A DNA stretch of 64,000 nucleotides from Blastocatellia bacterium (GTDB lineage: Bacteria > Acidobacteriota > Blastocatellia > UBA7656): contig CAVXWP010000004.1 of assembly GCA_963765495.1 (NCBI GenBank), positions 256,001 through 320,000 of the forward strand. The letters run 5' to 3'. The translations under genes and the position numbers were made by a program. Positions 29,788 through 40,569 of this stretch are shown here, piece by piece (the first letter of the stretch is position 1; each line of letters begins with the position of its first letter). Below the pieces are notes generated by a model. It searched no databases, was not told the DNA's origin, and saw only the letters and a program-made list of their open reading frames with translations.

Positions 29788-32037
29788 ATGTCAAAAACCG
29801 AATGGGACAGAAAAACCTGGGCAGGCTTGATGCCGAACGGTATCGGACAGGTAAAGCCCAATCATTACTTCGAGATCGTGAAGGCCGCCTGGCGCAATCG
29901 CGATCAATTGCCTTTTGCGTGGCGCATCCTGACAAAAGGGGTCTGCGACGGTTGCGCGCTCGGCACAACAGGCTTACACGATTTCACGATGGACGGCGTA
30001 CATCTGTGCATGGTGCGGCTCGATCTTATGAGGCTCAATACCATGCCTGCTCTCGACATCAAGAATCTCGAAGATGCGGAAAGATTATCCGCGATGACAG
30101 CCGCTCAGCTTCGTGAGCTTGGCCGCCTGCCTTATCCCTTGCTTCGTCAAAAGGGTGATAGCGGTTTTAAGCGCGTCTCGTGGGATGAGGCGCTCGATTT
30201 TATTGCCTCACGAATAAACAAGATTAAACCCGACCGGCTGGCTTTTTATCTGACCTCGCGCGGCCTGACCAATGAGGTCTATTACGCCGTGCAGAAGGCG
30301 GCGCGGTTTCTCGGCACAAACAACGTAGACAACTCGGCGCGCATCTGCCATGCCCCTTCCACGGTCGCGCTCAAGCGGTCGCTCGGCGTGTCGGCTTCTA
30401 CCTGCTCGTACAAGGACTGGATAGGCACGGACCTGCTCGTATTTTTTGGAAGTAACACGCCAAACAATCAGCCGGTCACGACCAAGTACATCTATAATGC
30501 GAAGAAGTGCGGCACTCGCGTGGCAGTAATCAATCCTTACCGCGAGCCGGGGCTTGAACGTTACTGGGTCCCTTCGGTTTTTGAGAGCGCAATGTTTGGG
30601 ACAAGAATCGCCGATGAATTCTTTCAGGTGAACACGGGTGGGGACAGGGCTTTCATAGCGGGCGTTATAAAACACATGATCATAAGGGGCTGGACAGACA
30701 ACGCATTTATACAGAACCACACAACCGGGTTCGATTGTCTGGAATCGGCTCTGGAAGCCTTTTCCTGGGAGTTGCTGGAAGCTGAATCGGGAGCCAATCG
30801 CGAAGAGATGCTGAAGTTTGCCCAAATGGTCGGCGAGGCAAACTCGGCCATCTTCGTATGGTCGATGGGCATCACTCAGCACAGGAATGGAGTTGCAAAC
30901 GTCGAGGCAATAATCGATCTCGCCCTCACACGCGGATTTGTCGGGCGCGAGAAATGCGGGCTTATGCCGATTCGCGGACATTCCGGCGTTCAGGGTGGCG
31001 CTGAGGTAGGGGCTGTGCCCAACCAGTTTCCCGGCGGCGTAGCGGTGAACGAGGAGGGCGCGCGCCGGTTTGCAGGGCTCTGGGAGATTGAACTTTCGGA
31101 TCAACCCGGGTTGAACGCGGTTCAGATGATCGAAGCCGCGCACGAAGGAAAGCTAGACTTCTTATACCAGATCGGCGGCAACTTCCTTGAGACCCTGCCC
31201 GACCCTGACTACGTCCGCGAAGCTATCGAACGCTTGCCCGTTCGCGTGCATCAGGATATCGTGCTGAGTCCTCAGATGATGATCGAGCCGGGGGATGCGG
31301 TTGTCCTCTTGCCCGGCCAGACCCGCTACGAGCAGCGAGGCGGCGGGACCGAAACTACGACGGAGCGGCGCATACTGTTTAGCCCTGAAATACCGGGCCG
31401 GCGCATAGGAGAAGCGCGCGCCGAATGGGAAATCCCTCTGCTGATCGCCGAGCTGGCGCAACCCGAGCGCGCCGCCCTAATCCACTTCGATGACGCGCAG
31501 GCGATACGCAACGAGATAGCCCGAGCGGTCCCGGCATACGCGGGAATCGAGAGACTGGCAAAGGCGGGCGATCAGGTGCAGTGGGGCGGCCAGCGGCTCT
31601 GCGAGCGACAGGAGACGGATGGAGAGACAGTTCAACACTTTCCCACTGGCGACGGGCGGGCGCGTTTCACCCCGATCAACATAGAGAAGGAAAATGCAGA
31701 CGGGAAATTGCGGCTCTCAACCCGTCGAGGCAAGCAATTCAACAGCATCGTATACAGAGATATTGACCCTCTGACGGGCGCTCGACGCGACGACGTTCTG
31801 ATGAGCCGAGAGGACGTGAGCCGATTGGGGCTATCAGAAGGTGAAAAGATAATCCTGCGAAGCGCGACCGGTGAAATGCGCGGGCGATGCCGCGTAGCTC
31901 CGATCAATCCCGGCAACGTTCAGGTCCACTGGCCCGAAGGCAATGTCCTTATAGAACGCGGAGTCTCAGACCCGGATTGCGGTATCCCCGATTTCAATAC
32001 TACAGTTGAAATTGAGCGCATAGACAGTAACCTATAA
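29788..32037 (+). CDS. FdhF/YdeP family molybdopterin oxidoreductase
   Basis: [24 protein letters not shown] and TRRGKQFNS. Confidence 0.92.
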   Translation: MSKTEWDRKTWAGLMPNGIGQVKPNHYFEIVKAAWRNRDQLPFAWRILTKGVCDGCALGTTGLHDFTMDGVHLCMVRLDLMRLNTMPALDIKNLEDAERLSAMTAAQLRELGRLPYPLLRQKGDSGFKRVSWDEALDFIASRINKIKPDRLAFYLTSRGLTNEVYYAVQKAARFLGTNNVDNSARICHAPSTVALKRSLGVSASTCSYKDWIGTDLLVFFGSNTPNNQPVTTKYIYNAKKCGTRVAVINPYREPGLERYWVPSVFESAMFGTRIADEFFQVNTGGDRAFIAGVIKHMIIRGWTDNAFIQNHTTGFDCLESALEAFSWELLEAESGANREEMLKFAQMVGEANSAIFVWSMGITQHRNGVANVEAIIDLALTRGFVGREKCGLMPIRGHSGVQGGAEVGAVPNQFPGGVAVNEEGARRFAGLWEIELSDQPGLNAVQMIEAAHEGKLDFLYQIGGNFLETLPDPDYVREAIERLPVRVHQDIVLSPQMMIEPGDAVVLLPGQTRYEQRGGGTETTTERRILFSPEIPGRRIGEARAEWEIPLLIAELAQPERAALIHFDDAQAIRNEIARAVPAYAGIERLAKAGDQVQWGGQRLCERQETDGETVQHFPTGDGRARFTPINIEKENADGKLRLSTRRGKQFNSIVYRDIDPLTGARRDDVLMSREDVSRLGLSEGEKIILRSATGEMRGRCRVAPINPGNVQVHWPEGNVLIERGVSDPDCGIPDFNTTVEIERIDSNL

Positions 32038-32050
32038 GGAAGGCGACCAT

Positions 32051-32398
32051 ATGCCAAGATTTGATGATGAGCGAAGAGTAGCCCTGGCCGAAGCGCTTCA
32101 GAAAATTCCCACGCCTGAGGGGAAGCGATTCGCAAACGTCTTCGAGCATGGAACTCTACAGATCGAGATTTACGCCCCGAGAGGCACAGACCCGCAATCG
32201 CCTCATACACGCGATGAAGCCTACATCGTCATTACGGGGCAAGGCGATTTCATTTGCGGAGAGAAACGCCAGACTTTCAGCGCGGGCGATTTTCTCTTCG
32301 CGCCTGCCGGTGTAGAGCACAGATTCGCGGGTTTCAGCGATGATCTCGCGGTGTGGGTAATATTTTACGGACCCGAAGGCGGCGAGCATCCCGGCTAA
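32051..32398 (+). CDS. Cupin domain protein
   Basis: QSPHTRDEAY, GDFLFAPAGVEHRF and WVIFYGPEGGE. Confidence 0.9.
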   Translation: MPRFDDERRVALAEALQKIPTPEGKRFANVFEHGTLQIEIYAPRGTDPQSPHTRDEAYIVITGQGDFICGEKRQTFSAGDFLFAPAGVEHRFAGFSDDLAVWVIFYGPEGGEHPG

Positions 32399-32552
32399 GC
32401 TGAAAATCCGACTCGCCCCGACCTGCTTTTCTCATTCTGTACATATAGGCCAATCGGTCAACCTTCCCTTTAGCCATTGTCTTGCAGCTTGACTTAGCCT
32501 GATACGCGCTTTACACCCCCGCACACTGCTCCTTATAATCAACGACTAAATT

Positions 32553-34091
32553 ATGTCTTTTGACCACGAAACAATTCTCATTCTCGATTTCGGAGGCCAG
32601 TACACGCAGTTGATCGCGCGGCGGGTGCGCGAACTCGGGGTCTACTCGGAAATCGTTCCCTTTAACACCCCTCTTTCTGAGATCAAGCAGAAAAACCCGC
32701 GCGGGCTTATCCTTTCGGGCGGGCCATCATCGGTCTACGAGGAGGAAGCGCCTCACCCCGACCGGGATGTGATCGAAATGGGTGTGCCGGTGCTCGGAAT
32801 ATGCTACGGCGTGCAACTGCTCTCATACTTTCTCGGCGGCGAGGTTCGCCCGTCCGAGAGACGCGAATACGGTCACGCCGAGATGGAAATAGAAGCTGAG
32901 AGCCGATTGTTTGCCGATCTTCCTTCGCACATAAAGGTCTGGATGAGTCACGGCGATTATGTGAGCGCCCCGCCCGAAGGCTTTACTATCACGGCCAGCA
33001 CCGCTGCTGCGATAGGCGCAATCGAAGACGCGGCGCGCGCGCTTTACGGCGTGCAGTTCCACCCGGAGGTGGCGCACACGCCGCAGGGCAAAGAGATCCT
33101 GCGCAATTTTCTGGTCAACGTCTGCCACCTGCGTTGCGATTGGACTATGGCCTCTTTTATCGAGACAACGATTGAAGAGATACGCCGTAGAGTGGGCGAC
33201 GGACGTGCGGTCTGCGGGCTTTCGGGCGGAGTCGATTCTTCGGTGGCGGCGGCGCTCGTGGCGCGTGCCATCGGCGACCGCCAGACCTGCATATTCGTAG
33301 ACACCGGGCTGTTGCGTAAAGACGAGTTCGAAGAGGTGATGGATGCCTACCGCGAGATGGACCTAAACGTAGTAGGCGTGGCGGCGGGCGAGCGATTCCT
33401 GACCCGTCTTGCGGGCATAGTTGACCCTGAGCGCAAACGAAAAATAATCGGCAATGAATTTATCGAGGTCTTTCAGGAAGAGGCTCGCCTGCTTGGCGAG
33501 GTCGACTTTCTCGTACAGGGAACGCTCTACCCCGATGTGATCGAATCGGTTTCGGTAAAGGGGCCTTCGGCTGTGATCAAATCGCATCACAACGTAGGCG
33601 GTTTGCCTGAAAAGATGCACCTGAAACTCGTAGAACCTCTGCGCGAATTGTTCAAAGACGAGGTGCGCCGCGTAGGCCGTGAGCTTGGGCTTCCAGAGGA
33701 GATAATCGGGCGGCAGCCCTTCCCCGGCCCCGGTCTCGCAGTGCGAATATTGGGTGAAGTGACATCAGACCGTGTGGCGACATTACAGGCGGCTGACCGG
33801 ATTGTGATAGAGGAGATGCGCGGCGCTGACCTGTATGACAAGGTGTGGCAATCATTCGCCGTGTTGCTGCCTGTCTCGACCGTAGGCGTAATGGGCGACA
33901 GCCGCACTTATGACAATGCAATCGCGATTCGCGCCGTGGAATCCGTGGACGGGATGACCGCCGACTGGGCCCGCCTGCCTTATGATGTGCTTCAGCGAAT
34001 CTCTTCGCGTATTGTGAGCGAGGTGCGCGGAGTCAATCGCGTAGTTTATGACATCAGTTCCAAACCGCCCTCGACGATTGAATGGGAATAA
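32553..34091 (+). CDS. guaA: GMP synthase (glutamine-hydrolysing)
   Basis: [33 protein letters not shown] and KPPSTIEWE. Confidence 0.98.
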   Translation: MSFDHETILILDFGGQYTQLIARRVRELGVYSEIVPFNTPLSEIKQKNPRGLILSGGPSSVYEEEAPHPDRDVIEMGVPVLGICYGVQLLSYFLGGEVRPSERREYGHAEMEIEAESRLFADLPSHIKVWMSHGDYVSAPPEGFTITASTAAAIGAIEDAARALYGVQFHPEVAHTPQGKEILRNFLVNVCHLRCDWTMASFIETTIEEIRRRVGDGRAVCGLSGGVDSSVAAALVARAIGDRQTCIFVDTGLLRKDEFEEVMDAYREMDLNVVGVAAGERFLTRLAGIVDPERKRKIIGNEFIEVFQEEARLLGEVDFLVQGTLYPDVIESVSVKGPSAVIKSHHNVGGLPEKMHLKLVEPLRELFKDEVRRVGRELGLPEEIIGRQPFPGPGLAVRILGEVTSDRVATLQAADRIVIEEMRGADLYDKVWQSFAVLLPVSTVGVMGDSRTYDNAIAIRAVESVDGMTADWARLPYDVLQRISSRIVSEVRGVNRVVYDISSKPPSTIEWE

Positions 34092-34140
34092 GAGGCATAA
34101 TACTTTTTGCATTCATTTAGATACTTTCAGGAGGTGAAAC

Positions 34141-34794
34141 TTGCCGCAGCAAGGTCAGTCCAGAGGAAACCCCATACAGGATTACGTCACCGTAGCCGAG
34201 CGAATAGAGAAATTCTATGAGCGCTACCCCGAAGGACGTATCATCACAAACATTATCGAGCACGATGCCGAGCGCGGCTTTATACTGATGCGGACCGAGG
34301 TCTATCGCCACCCCGAAGATACGCTTCCAGCCGCTACGGGACACGCTTATGAGTACAGGGATGCCGGGTACGTGCAGAAGACCTCGTATATTGAGGTCTG
34401 CGAAACGAGCGCGTGCGGCAGGGCGCTTGCGCTTTGCGGATTCGAGGTCAAGCGCGGCATCGCAAGCCGTGAGGAGTTGGAGAAGTCTCAGCGCGCCGCT
34501 CAGAGGGAGGCTCCGCCGCGACGCGAACCCCCGCAACGCGAAGCCCCGCAGATGGTCAGGGAGAAGACACCGCCTCAAGTAGAGGCATCTCCGAAGACAA
34601 ACCAGCCCGCAACCGAAGAGCAGAAACAGGCGATTCTGGAATTGCTCGAAGAGGTTAGACCCGGCGACCGGCGCGCTCAACAAAGAACGCTTGTCGAATT
34701 GACCGGCAAAGATTCACGTGACAACCTAACACAACAGGAGGCTTCCGAACTGATAACCAGACTCAGAAAAGAAGCATCGGAAGGCAGCATATAA
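34141..34794 (+). CDS. Phage-type Rad52-like ssDNA-annealing domain protein (putative)
   Basis: GGAGGTG RBS with TTG start; YVTVAERI..F, ATGHAYE, CETSACGRAL and IASREE; C-terminal ATEEQ..LTQQEASELI. Confidence 0.65.
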   Translation: MPQQGQSRGNPIQDYVTVAERIEKFYERYPEGRIITNIIEHDAERGFILMRTEVYRHPEDTLPAATGHAYEYRDAGYVQKTSYIEVCETSACGRALALCGFEVKRGIASREELEKSQRAAQREAPPRREPPQREAPQMVREKTPPQVEASPKTNQPATEEQKQAILELLEEVRPGDRRAQQRTLVELTGKDSRDNLTQQEASELITRLRKEASEGSI

Positions 34795-34807
34795 GTCTGA
34801 CGAAAGA

Positions 34808-35044
34808 TCAATCGCCGACCTTGCGAACGAGCAGTATCGCAAGCATCGGATGTCGGTCGAGAATTTGAAATCGGCCATCGAAATCTTCGGGCTTATCCTG
34901 ATCACGCAGATCGGCTACGGCGAGGTCCTCTACCTGAATCCGTTCCGAAGACCCGAACAGGCGATAACGCGACGACCTTCCGGCGACCATTTTGATGTCA
35001 ATCTCAGGCGACCGCTCGGCCTCCTGTATGCTGAGTAATCTCAT
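34808..35044 (-). CDS. Small hypothetical protein (78 aa)
   Basis: Fills the gap exactly, 25 nt downstream of the HAD gene; purine-rich RBS. Confidence 0.55.
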   Translation of the reverse strand: MRLLSIQEAERSPEIDIKMVAGRSSRYRLFGSSERIQVEDLAVADLRDQDKPEDFDGRFQILDRHPMLAILLVRKVGD

Positions 35045-35069
35045 AATAAGGCCCTTCTTTCATCCGACT

Positions 35070-35810
35070 CTACGGCTCTAAATCGAGCGATTCGATGAGC
35101 CGGGGGAGTTCAGAAAAATCCGAGGCAATTCGGTCGGCAATCGTGCGTTCGCCTTGCTCCATCGGGGTTACGCCTGAAAAGCGAATCGCCCGAAAGCCTG
35201 CCCTCTTCGCTCCTATGATGTCCGTATGCTCAAGGTCGCCTACATGAACTATTTCAGCCGGGTGCGCTCTGAGCAGTTGCGCTGTGCGTTCGAATACTTC
35301 CCAGTGAGGTTTCGACCGCCCCGCTTCATCAGAAAAAACCAGAGAATCAAACAGATCGAGCAGACCTTCTCGCTCTAATAGCACCTTAAGAACACGGCCC
35401 GGCGAAAAACCCACATCAGAAATTATGCCTAATCGGTAGTGACGGGCCAGTTGCTCGATTGCCTCACGCGCTCCTTCGATAAGCACAGGCGGGCGTTCGA
35501 GTATCCCCTCTTCGTAGGCCCGCGCAAGACGGGCCACTACATCATCAGGCAGACAGACCCGGAGATGCGAAAGTATCCCCCCGACGCGTTCTGCGGCCGT
35601 AAGCGTGCGATGCTCTTCGGTCCAGATTTGATGATGATCCTGAGCCTCGCGCAGGCAGGCGTTATCCAGATCATCATCGCTGAAGCTGCCCAGCGAACAC
35701 AGCGCCTCCGCAAGCAATCGCCTGCGGGTCTGCTGATACAGCATGAAACCGCCCGGCTGCTCGGTGAATAACGTGTTCCAGAAATCGAAAGAGATTGCCC
35801 TTATTCCCAA
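35070..35810 (-). CDS. HAD family hydrolase
   Basis: FDFWNTL, IISD, KP and HVGDLEHTDIIGA. Confidence 0.92.
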   Translation of the reverse strand: MGIRAISFDFWNTLFTEQPGGFMLYQQTRRRLLAEALCSLGSFSDDDLDNACLREAQDHHQIWTEEHRTLTAAERVGGILSHLRVCLPDDVVARLARAYEEGILERPPVLIEGAREAIEQLARHYRLGIISDVGFSPGRVLKVLLEREGLLDLFDSLVFSDEAGRSKPHWEVFERTAQLLRAHPAEIVHVGDLEHTDIIGAKRAGFRAIRFSGVTPMEQGERTIADRIASDFSELPRLIESLDLEP

Positions 35811-35942
35811 AAAAGCGCTCCATAAGATACGGTCCCGAGATGCGAGCCAATGCGGTCGCTCGATGCTATATTCTACTTGTTAGGACGTAGGCGAACAAGA
35901 AACAGTTCGCGTCTGTGTAATCACGATCAGGACGGTTTTTAT

Positions 35943-36578
35943 ATGAATGGTTGGGAACAGACTCCGTTTAAGGACGCGCTCGAAACGGTGGCGGGCAATT
36001 TTGGGTTGATGCCGCTCACTTCGTTGCAACTCGATCAACTGGCAAAACATTTCGAGATGCTTATCAGGTGGAATCGTCGCATGAATCTGACGCGGATAAC
36101 AGACCCCGAGCAGGCGGCGAGGCTCCATTACGCGGAATCGCTTTTCGGTGGCCGCTTCATCGGACGGGCTACCAAACTGCTCGACATTGGCGCGGGCGCG
36201 GGATTCCCTTCTGTTCCACTTGCCGTACTCAGACCCGATATTCAAATCACGGCAATCGAGGCAAATCAAAAGAAATCTCTGTTTCTGAATGAAGTGAGAG
36301 ATGCGCTCGCGCTTGAGAAATTCTCGGTCACGAGAAAAAGATTCGAAGACTTCGACTGGTCGGGCTATGACCTGTTGACCAGTCGGGCGCTTGACCGCGC
36401 CGAATCGGTTTTTCTCTCGGTCACAAAAAGGCTCGGCCCGCATCAACGGCTCATGCTCTATTGCTCGCCCGATCTGGCAAACGCGCTCAAACAGGAGAGC
36501 GGCATTGAAATCAGGCTCGAAATCCAGCCTGTTCCCCGCGCAGAATCCCGTTCGATAGCGCTCTTTTCACGCTCATAA
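35943..36578 (+). CDS. rsmG: 16S rRNA m7G527 methyltransferase
   Basis: WNRRMNLT, HYAESL, LDIGAGAGFP, KKSLFL and TSRA. Confidence 0.92.
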   Translation: MNGWEQTPFKDALETVAGNFGLMPLTSLQLDQLAKHFEMLIRWNRRMNLTRITDPEQAARLHYAESLFGGRFIGRATKLLDIGAGAGFPSVPLAVLRPDIQITAIEANQKKSLFLNEVRDALALEKFSVTRKRFEDFDWSGYDLLTSRALDRAESVFLSVTKRLGPHQRLMLYCSPDLANALKQESGIEIRLEIQPVPRAESRSIALFSRS

Positions 36579-36718
36579 ACGCAGGGAAAATATAATCGGT
36601 CAAAAGAGAGAAAATCGGTGATGGAATATAGTCAAACTGAAGTGGCTTTTTTTTCAAAAATACAAGTATTTACCCGAAAAATGGCCCAAAATAACGGTAA
36701 CTTGACAAATGATATGTA

Positions 36719-36733
36719 TGGCACGGGCATTGC
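36719..36733 (+). promoter_or_regulatory. Sigma54 (-24/-12) promoter
   Basis: TGGCACGGGCATTGC, an exact TGGCAC-N5-TTGC match. Confidence 0.8.
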
Positions 36734-36744
36734 GATAGTTGATA

Positions 36745-36954
36745 CCGGAAGCTTGAGACACCTGAGGGTGCTCTCTTCGGGCTACCATCGCAACGTCGAG
36801 CAAACGCGCGCGCGCGCAGGATGCCTTCTTCAAGGATCGCCGAGGGCCTCACCCCTGCAGGCGACAGAAGGCAGACTAACCGCGCCCGCGTCAAACCGAG
36901 TCAGGACCCTCTCACAAAGATTCGGCGATGTGGTTGGTAGCCCGCTTTCTTTTT
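36745..36954 (+). ncRNA. Candidate structured small RNA of unknown family
   Basis: Nested stems CGGGCTACC/GGTAGCCCG, ATCGC/GCGAT, ACGCG.GCGCG/CGCGC.CGCGT, TGCCTTCT/AGAAGGCA and TCGCC/GGCGA; 5' hairpin; T-tract end; no credible ORF. Confidence 0.7.
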
Positions 36955-36966
36955 AAACAAAAAATC

Positions 36967-37005
36967 TGACAGGATTAACAAGATTTAGATGGATTTGACA
37001 AGAAT
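36967..37005. repeat. Half copy of the nonamer repeat family (ACAGGATTA)
   Basis: TGACAGGATTAACAAGATT.. matches the left arm at 61011. Confidence 0.65.
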
Positions 37006-37010
37006 CTCAT

Positions 37011-38300
37011 TTAACCTGCTGAGATTTTTTCAAGCCCGTCGAGGTAAGGGCGCAAGGCTTCGGGGATGACGATGCTGCCGTCTTCCTGCTGATAGTTCTC
37101 AAGTATCGCAAGCCACGTTCGCCCGATAGCCAGACCCGACCCGTTCAGTGTGTGCGCAAACTCTGGCTTTGATTTCTGCTCGCGGCGAAATCTGATCTGC
37201 GCCCGTCGCGCCTGAAAGGCTTCGCAATTCGAGCAGGAAGATATTTCTCGATATGTATTCTGACTCGGCAGCCATACTTCGATGTCGTATGTCTTTGCCG
37301 CCGAAAATCCCATGTCGCCGGTCGAAAGCACTATTGTGCGATAGGGCAACTCAAGCGCCTCAAGCACCGCTTCCGCATCGCGCGTCAAAGCATCGAGTTC
37401 GGCGTAGGATTCTTCCGGTCGAGTGATCTTTACCAGTTCCACCTTGTCAAATTGATGCTGCCGGATAAGGCCGCGCGTGTCCTTGCCATAGCTTCCCGCT
37501 TCGGACCTGAAACATGGCGTGTAGGCGGTCATCTTTATCGGCAACTGCGAGCCGTCAATTATCTCGCCCGCGTAGATATTTGTGAGCGGCACTTCGGCAG
37601 TCGGGATCAGATAGAAATTGCGCTCATCGGTGAGCTTGAACAGATCGCCCTCGAATTTCGGTAGCTGGCCCGTGCCAAAAAGCGTGTCGGAATTGACTAT
37701 GAACGGGGGCACAACTTCTCTATAACCGTGCTGCTTTGTCTGGAGATCGAGGCAGAAGTTTATGAGCGCGCGTTCAAGGCGCGCACCCGCGCCCGAGAGA
37801 ATCGAAAAACGCGCGCCCGCTATTTTGGCGGCGCGCTCAAGATCGAGTATTCCAAGCGAGAGGCCCAGGTCTACGTGGTCGCGCACATCAAACGCGAAAT
37901 CGCGCGGCGTACCCCACCGCTTCACTTCCTGATTGGCCGATTCATCCGCGCCAATCGGCACGCTTGCATGAGGCAGGTTGGGAAGCGTGGTCATCATCTG
38001 GTTCAACTCGCCTTCGATCTCGGCAAGTTCCGCCTCGGCGGTCGTTATCTGGTCGCCAAGCTCGCGCACGGCCGCTCTTCGACCTTCGGCCTCTTCCTTC
38101 TTTCCGGCCTTCATCAGCTTGCCTATCTCCTGGCTTTCGCTGTTGCGGGTGGAATTCAGATCATCGCGCTTGCTTATGAGCGCGCGGCGGCGTTTGTCGA
38201 GCGTCGTAAAACGGTCAAGCGCGTCTGGAGAGACACCGCGATCTTCGAGCTTGTTCCTTGTCGTATCCAGATTGGCGCGAACGAAATTGATGTCGAGCAT
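37011..38300 (-). CDS. serS: Serine--tRNA ligase
   Basis: [30 protein letters not shown] and HTLNGSG. Confidence 0.98.
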   Translation of the reverse strand: MLDINFVRANLDTTRNKLEDRGVSPDALDRFTTLDKRRRALISKRDDLNSTRNSESQEIGKLMKAGKKEEAEGRRAAVRELGDQITTAEAELAEIEGELNQMMTTLPNLPHASVPIGADESANQEVKRWGTPRDFAFDVRDHVDLGLSLGILDLERAAKIAGARFSILSGAGARLERALINFCLDLQTKQHGYREVVPPFIVNSDTLFGTGQLPKFEGDLFKLTDERNFYLIPTAEVPLTNIYAGEIIDGSQLPIKMTAYTPCFRSEAGSYGKDTRGLIRQHQFDKVELVKITRPEESYAELDALTRDAEAVLEALELPYRTIVLSTGDMGFSAAKTYDIEVWLPSQNTYREISSCSNCEAFQARRAQIRFRREQKSKPEFAHTLNGSGLAIGRTWLAILENYQQEDGSIVIPEALRPYLDGLEKISAG

Positions 38301-38432
38301 TTCCTCTAATACCTTTCAGACCCGGATGATAAATAGATAGCCTAAGCCGGGCGGCGAAATGCTGTCAACCTGTGCGCCCCGACTCATCCGCATTGCGCCT
38401 GTCGCGTGTTTGTCGTTAGCATTGAAGGCGAT

Positions 38433-39314
38433 ATGGAGGAGAGAAAAAAAGAAGCAGAGGTGGAGCCACCTTTTGCGATGCGCGAGCGCGAAGTAGAGAC
38501 CGGAGAAGGGGACACCTCGCGTATTTCATTTCTGGTTTGCGAGCCCCTTGAGCGCGCAGGTTTCATTAATGCCTTCAGCACGCGCAGAGGCGGGGTGAGC
38601 CCGTTGCCCGATGGGGCGCTCAATCTGACAGAGTTCAAGGGCGATCAGAAAGAGAAAGTCGAGGAGAATCGCCGCCGCTTTCAGAAAGCAATCGGCGCAG
38701 GCAAGGCTCCTCTGGTCACGGCCCGGCAGACGCATTCGACCGAGCGATGCGTTATAGAATATGCGGATCAGGCAAGAGGGCCCAGACCCGAATGCGATGC
38801 GATGATCACCGGGCTACCCGATATGCTGCTCGCCATTCAGACCGCCGATTGTTTGCCTATCCTCATAGCAGACACCCGATCCAAAGTGATCGCTGCGATT
38901 CACGCGGGGTGGCGCGGTACGGCAAACCGCATCACGGAAAGGACGGTCGCCGACCTTATGTTGTTGATGGGCGTAAACACCTATGACTGCATCGTCGCGC
39001 TTGGCCCGACGGCCTGCGCCCGGTGTTACGAAGTCGGCACAGATGTGATAGAGCAATTCAAAAAAGAGTTTGGGTACTGGCGCAATCTCTTTTCAGACTT
39101 CAAGGAAGGCGGGAAGGCCCATTCAGACATTTGCGCCGCAAATATTCAGCAACTGGCATTCTGCGGGTTTGATCCCGAAAACATTTACGTCGCGCCGTAC
39201 TGCACTATGCATCAAAACGAGCTTTTCTTTTCTCATCGCCGCGAAGGCAAGACTCAACCGTCAGGCGTAGGGCGATTGCTTTCGGTAATTGGCAGATTGA
39301 GCGATAGGGCATGA
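38433..39314 (+). CDS. pgeF: Peptidoglycan editing factor / purine nucleoside phosphorylase (YfiH family)
   Basis: FSTRRGGVS, QTHS, TADCLPIL, HAGWRG and FFSHRR. Confidence 0.93.
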   Translation: MEERKKEAEVEPPFAMREREVETGEGDTSRISFLVCEPLERAGFINAFSTRRGGVSPLPDGALNLTEFKGDQKEKVEENRRRFQKAIGAGKAPLVTARQTHSTERCVIEYADQARGPRPECDAMITGLPDMLLAIQTADCLPILIADTRSKVIAAIHAGWRGTANRITERTVADLMLLMGVNTYDCIVALGPTACARCYEVGTDVIEQFKKEFGYWRNLFSDFKEGGKAHSDICAANIQQLAFCGFDPENIYVAPYCTMHQNELFFSHRREGKTQPSGVGRLLSVIGRLSDRA

Positions 39315-39349
39315 TCGCAGGTGACTATTCAGGGTTTATTCATTTCCGC

Positions 39350-39421
39350 AAAATGTAGGATAGAGAAATAGGATTAGGCCACGGATGACGCATCCGCGTT
39401 ATCCGTGGCCTAATCCTATTC
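39350..39421. repeat. Collapsed copy of the 2066 MITE/REP family
   Basis: AATAGGATTAGGCCACGGATGACGC..GCGTTATCCGTGGCCTAATCCTATT palindrome preceded by an AAAATGTAGG arm. Confidence 0.75.
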
Positions 39422-39471
39422 GCCTTTTATTCAAATTCGCCGGTAAAACGTGTTTTTGTGATTTATTGATA

Positions 39472-40284
39472 TCAGTCGGCTTTCCCCTTTTTATCCTGTC
39501 TGGCTCCAGTGACCGACGTCAGTTCAGCGCGCACCTCTCCCCACGACATGTCGGCGCTAATCAGAACGGGCAACCGGCGGGCATCGCTTGTCAAATAAAT
39601 CCGCAGTTTGAAGGCGTCCTTTGTCTCTTTTTCTTCCACGGTCTTCACGGCCACTCTGACGACATCATACTTGCCTGTTCGCGTGGTCATCTTCTCGCGC
39701 GCCTCGGGCTCGATCTTTATAGTAGTCAGTTTGTCGTTCTCAAGCAGCGTGAAGGTCTGGGCTTTACCGGGGGTCAGGTCTATGGCGCGGACGGCATAGA
39801 TCAACCCCGCAAGATCGTAGGTATTTGGCGGAACCTGAATCTCTCTGCCGTCGGACAGTTTAGCCGTTCCGCGTTTCTGGTCTATGGTATAGGCGCTCTG
39901 GTCCTGTTTCTTCCCGTGGCGCGAGTGTTTCTCTGCGCGGAAGGGCTGCAAGGTTTCGGAGTTGAGAAAAGATTCGTAGGTATCTTTGACCTTGAAGACG
40001 ACGGCGCTTACTATCCCGACAGATTCCGCCTGCGCGCTCACATGAAATCCGTCAACACCATCGAAATTGCGGCGGTCCTTTGTCTCAAGCGTAAGCTCGC
40101 CCGCTACAATAAAGTCGGACCACGAAACATCATAACTCAACCGCTCGCCGACTGCAAAAGGTATCCCGGTCGCAATTTTTTGGACCTTGTCGCTTCCCCC
40201 GGCTTTTACACTCTTAACCTGACCAAAACTCGCGGGAAGCGAGATAACTACAATCGCCAGCGCAATTATTGATTTTCTAAGCAT
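39472..40284 (-). CDS. DUF3108 family secreted protein
   Basis: Signal peptide; PFAVGERLSY, KVKDTYES and D.RRLPV. Confidence 0.85.
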   Translation of the reverse strand: MLRKSIIALAIVVISLPASFGQVKSVKAGGSDKVQKIATGIPFAVGERLSYDVSWSDFIVAGELTLETKDRRNFDGVDGFHVSAQAESVGIVSAVVFKVKDTYESFLNSETLQPFRAEKHSRHGKKQDQSAYTIDQKRGTAKLSDGREIQVPPNTYDLAGLIYAVRAIDLTPGKAQTFTLLENDKLTTIKIEPEAREKMTTRTGKYDVVRVAVKTVEEKETKDAFKLRIYLTSDARRLPVLISADMSWGEVRAELTSVTGARQDKKGKAD

Positions 40285-40358
40285 CAAAGGTTCTCCCAAA
40301 AATGTCTGACACTACTCAACCTCTGATGCATCCCGCCCTATTCATGATGCCCGGCAAA

Positions 40359-40493
40359 AGAAGGGATGAGGGATGAGGGATGAGGGATGAACCGGACTGT
40401 GGCGGGAGGGTTCGGCAAAAAGCAGTTCATCGGCTATCGAGATATTTATTGAGAGTCCGGTTCATCCCTCATCCCTCATCCCTCATCCCTTCT
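40359..40493. repeat. Perfect 40 bp inverted repeat built of AGGGATG heptamers, 55 nt spacer
   Basis: 40359-40398 is the exact reverse complement of 40454-40493. Confidence 0.92.
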
Positions 40494-40509
40494 GAAATCC
40501 CTCATCCTT

Positions 40510-40542
40510 AAAAAAATGGCGGGACTCGCAAACGAATCCCGC
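40510..40542 (-). terminator. Intrinsic terminator of the M23 gene
   Basis: GGCGGGATTCG-TTTG-CGAGTCCCGCC plus a T-tract on the minus strand. Confidence 0.8.
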
Positions 40543-40569
40543 CGGACCAGTTGGCAATTGGCAACTGAC

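Noticed and set aside
32400-32552. Possible purine riboswitch ahead of guaA
   Set aside because: No purine aptamer consensus, and the -10 box leaves almost no leader.
34092-35044. Prophage or genomic island at the guaA 3' end
   Set aside because: No integrase, att duplication or structural genes; only one phage-like gene.
36618-36956. 112 aa (+) and 74 aa (-) ORFs over the RNA candidate; also SRP RNA or tmRNA identity
   Set aside because: The ORFs lack an RBS and protein-like composition, and they span the promoter. There is no SRP GGAAGGAAGCAGC motif and no tRNA-like ends.
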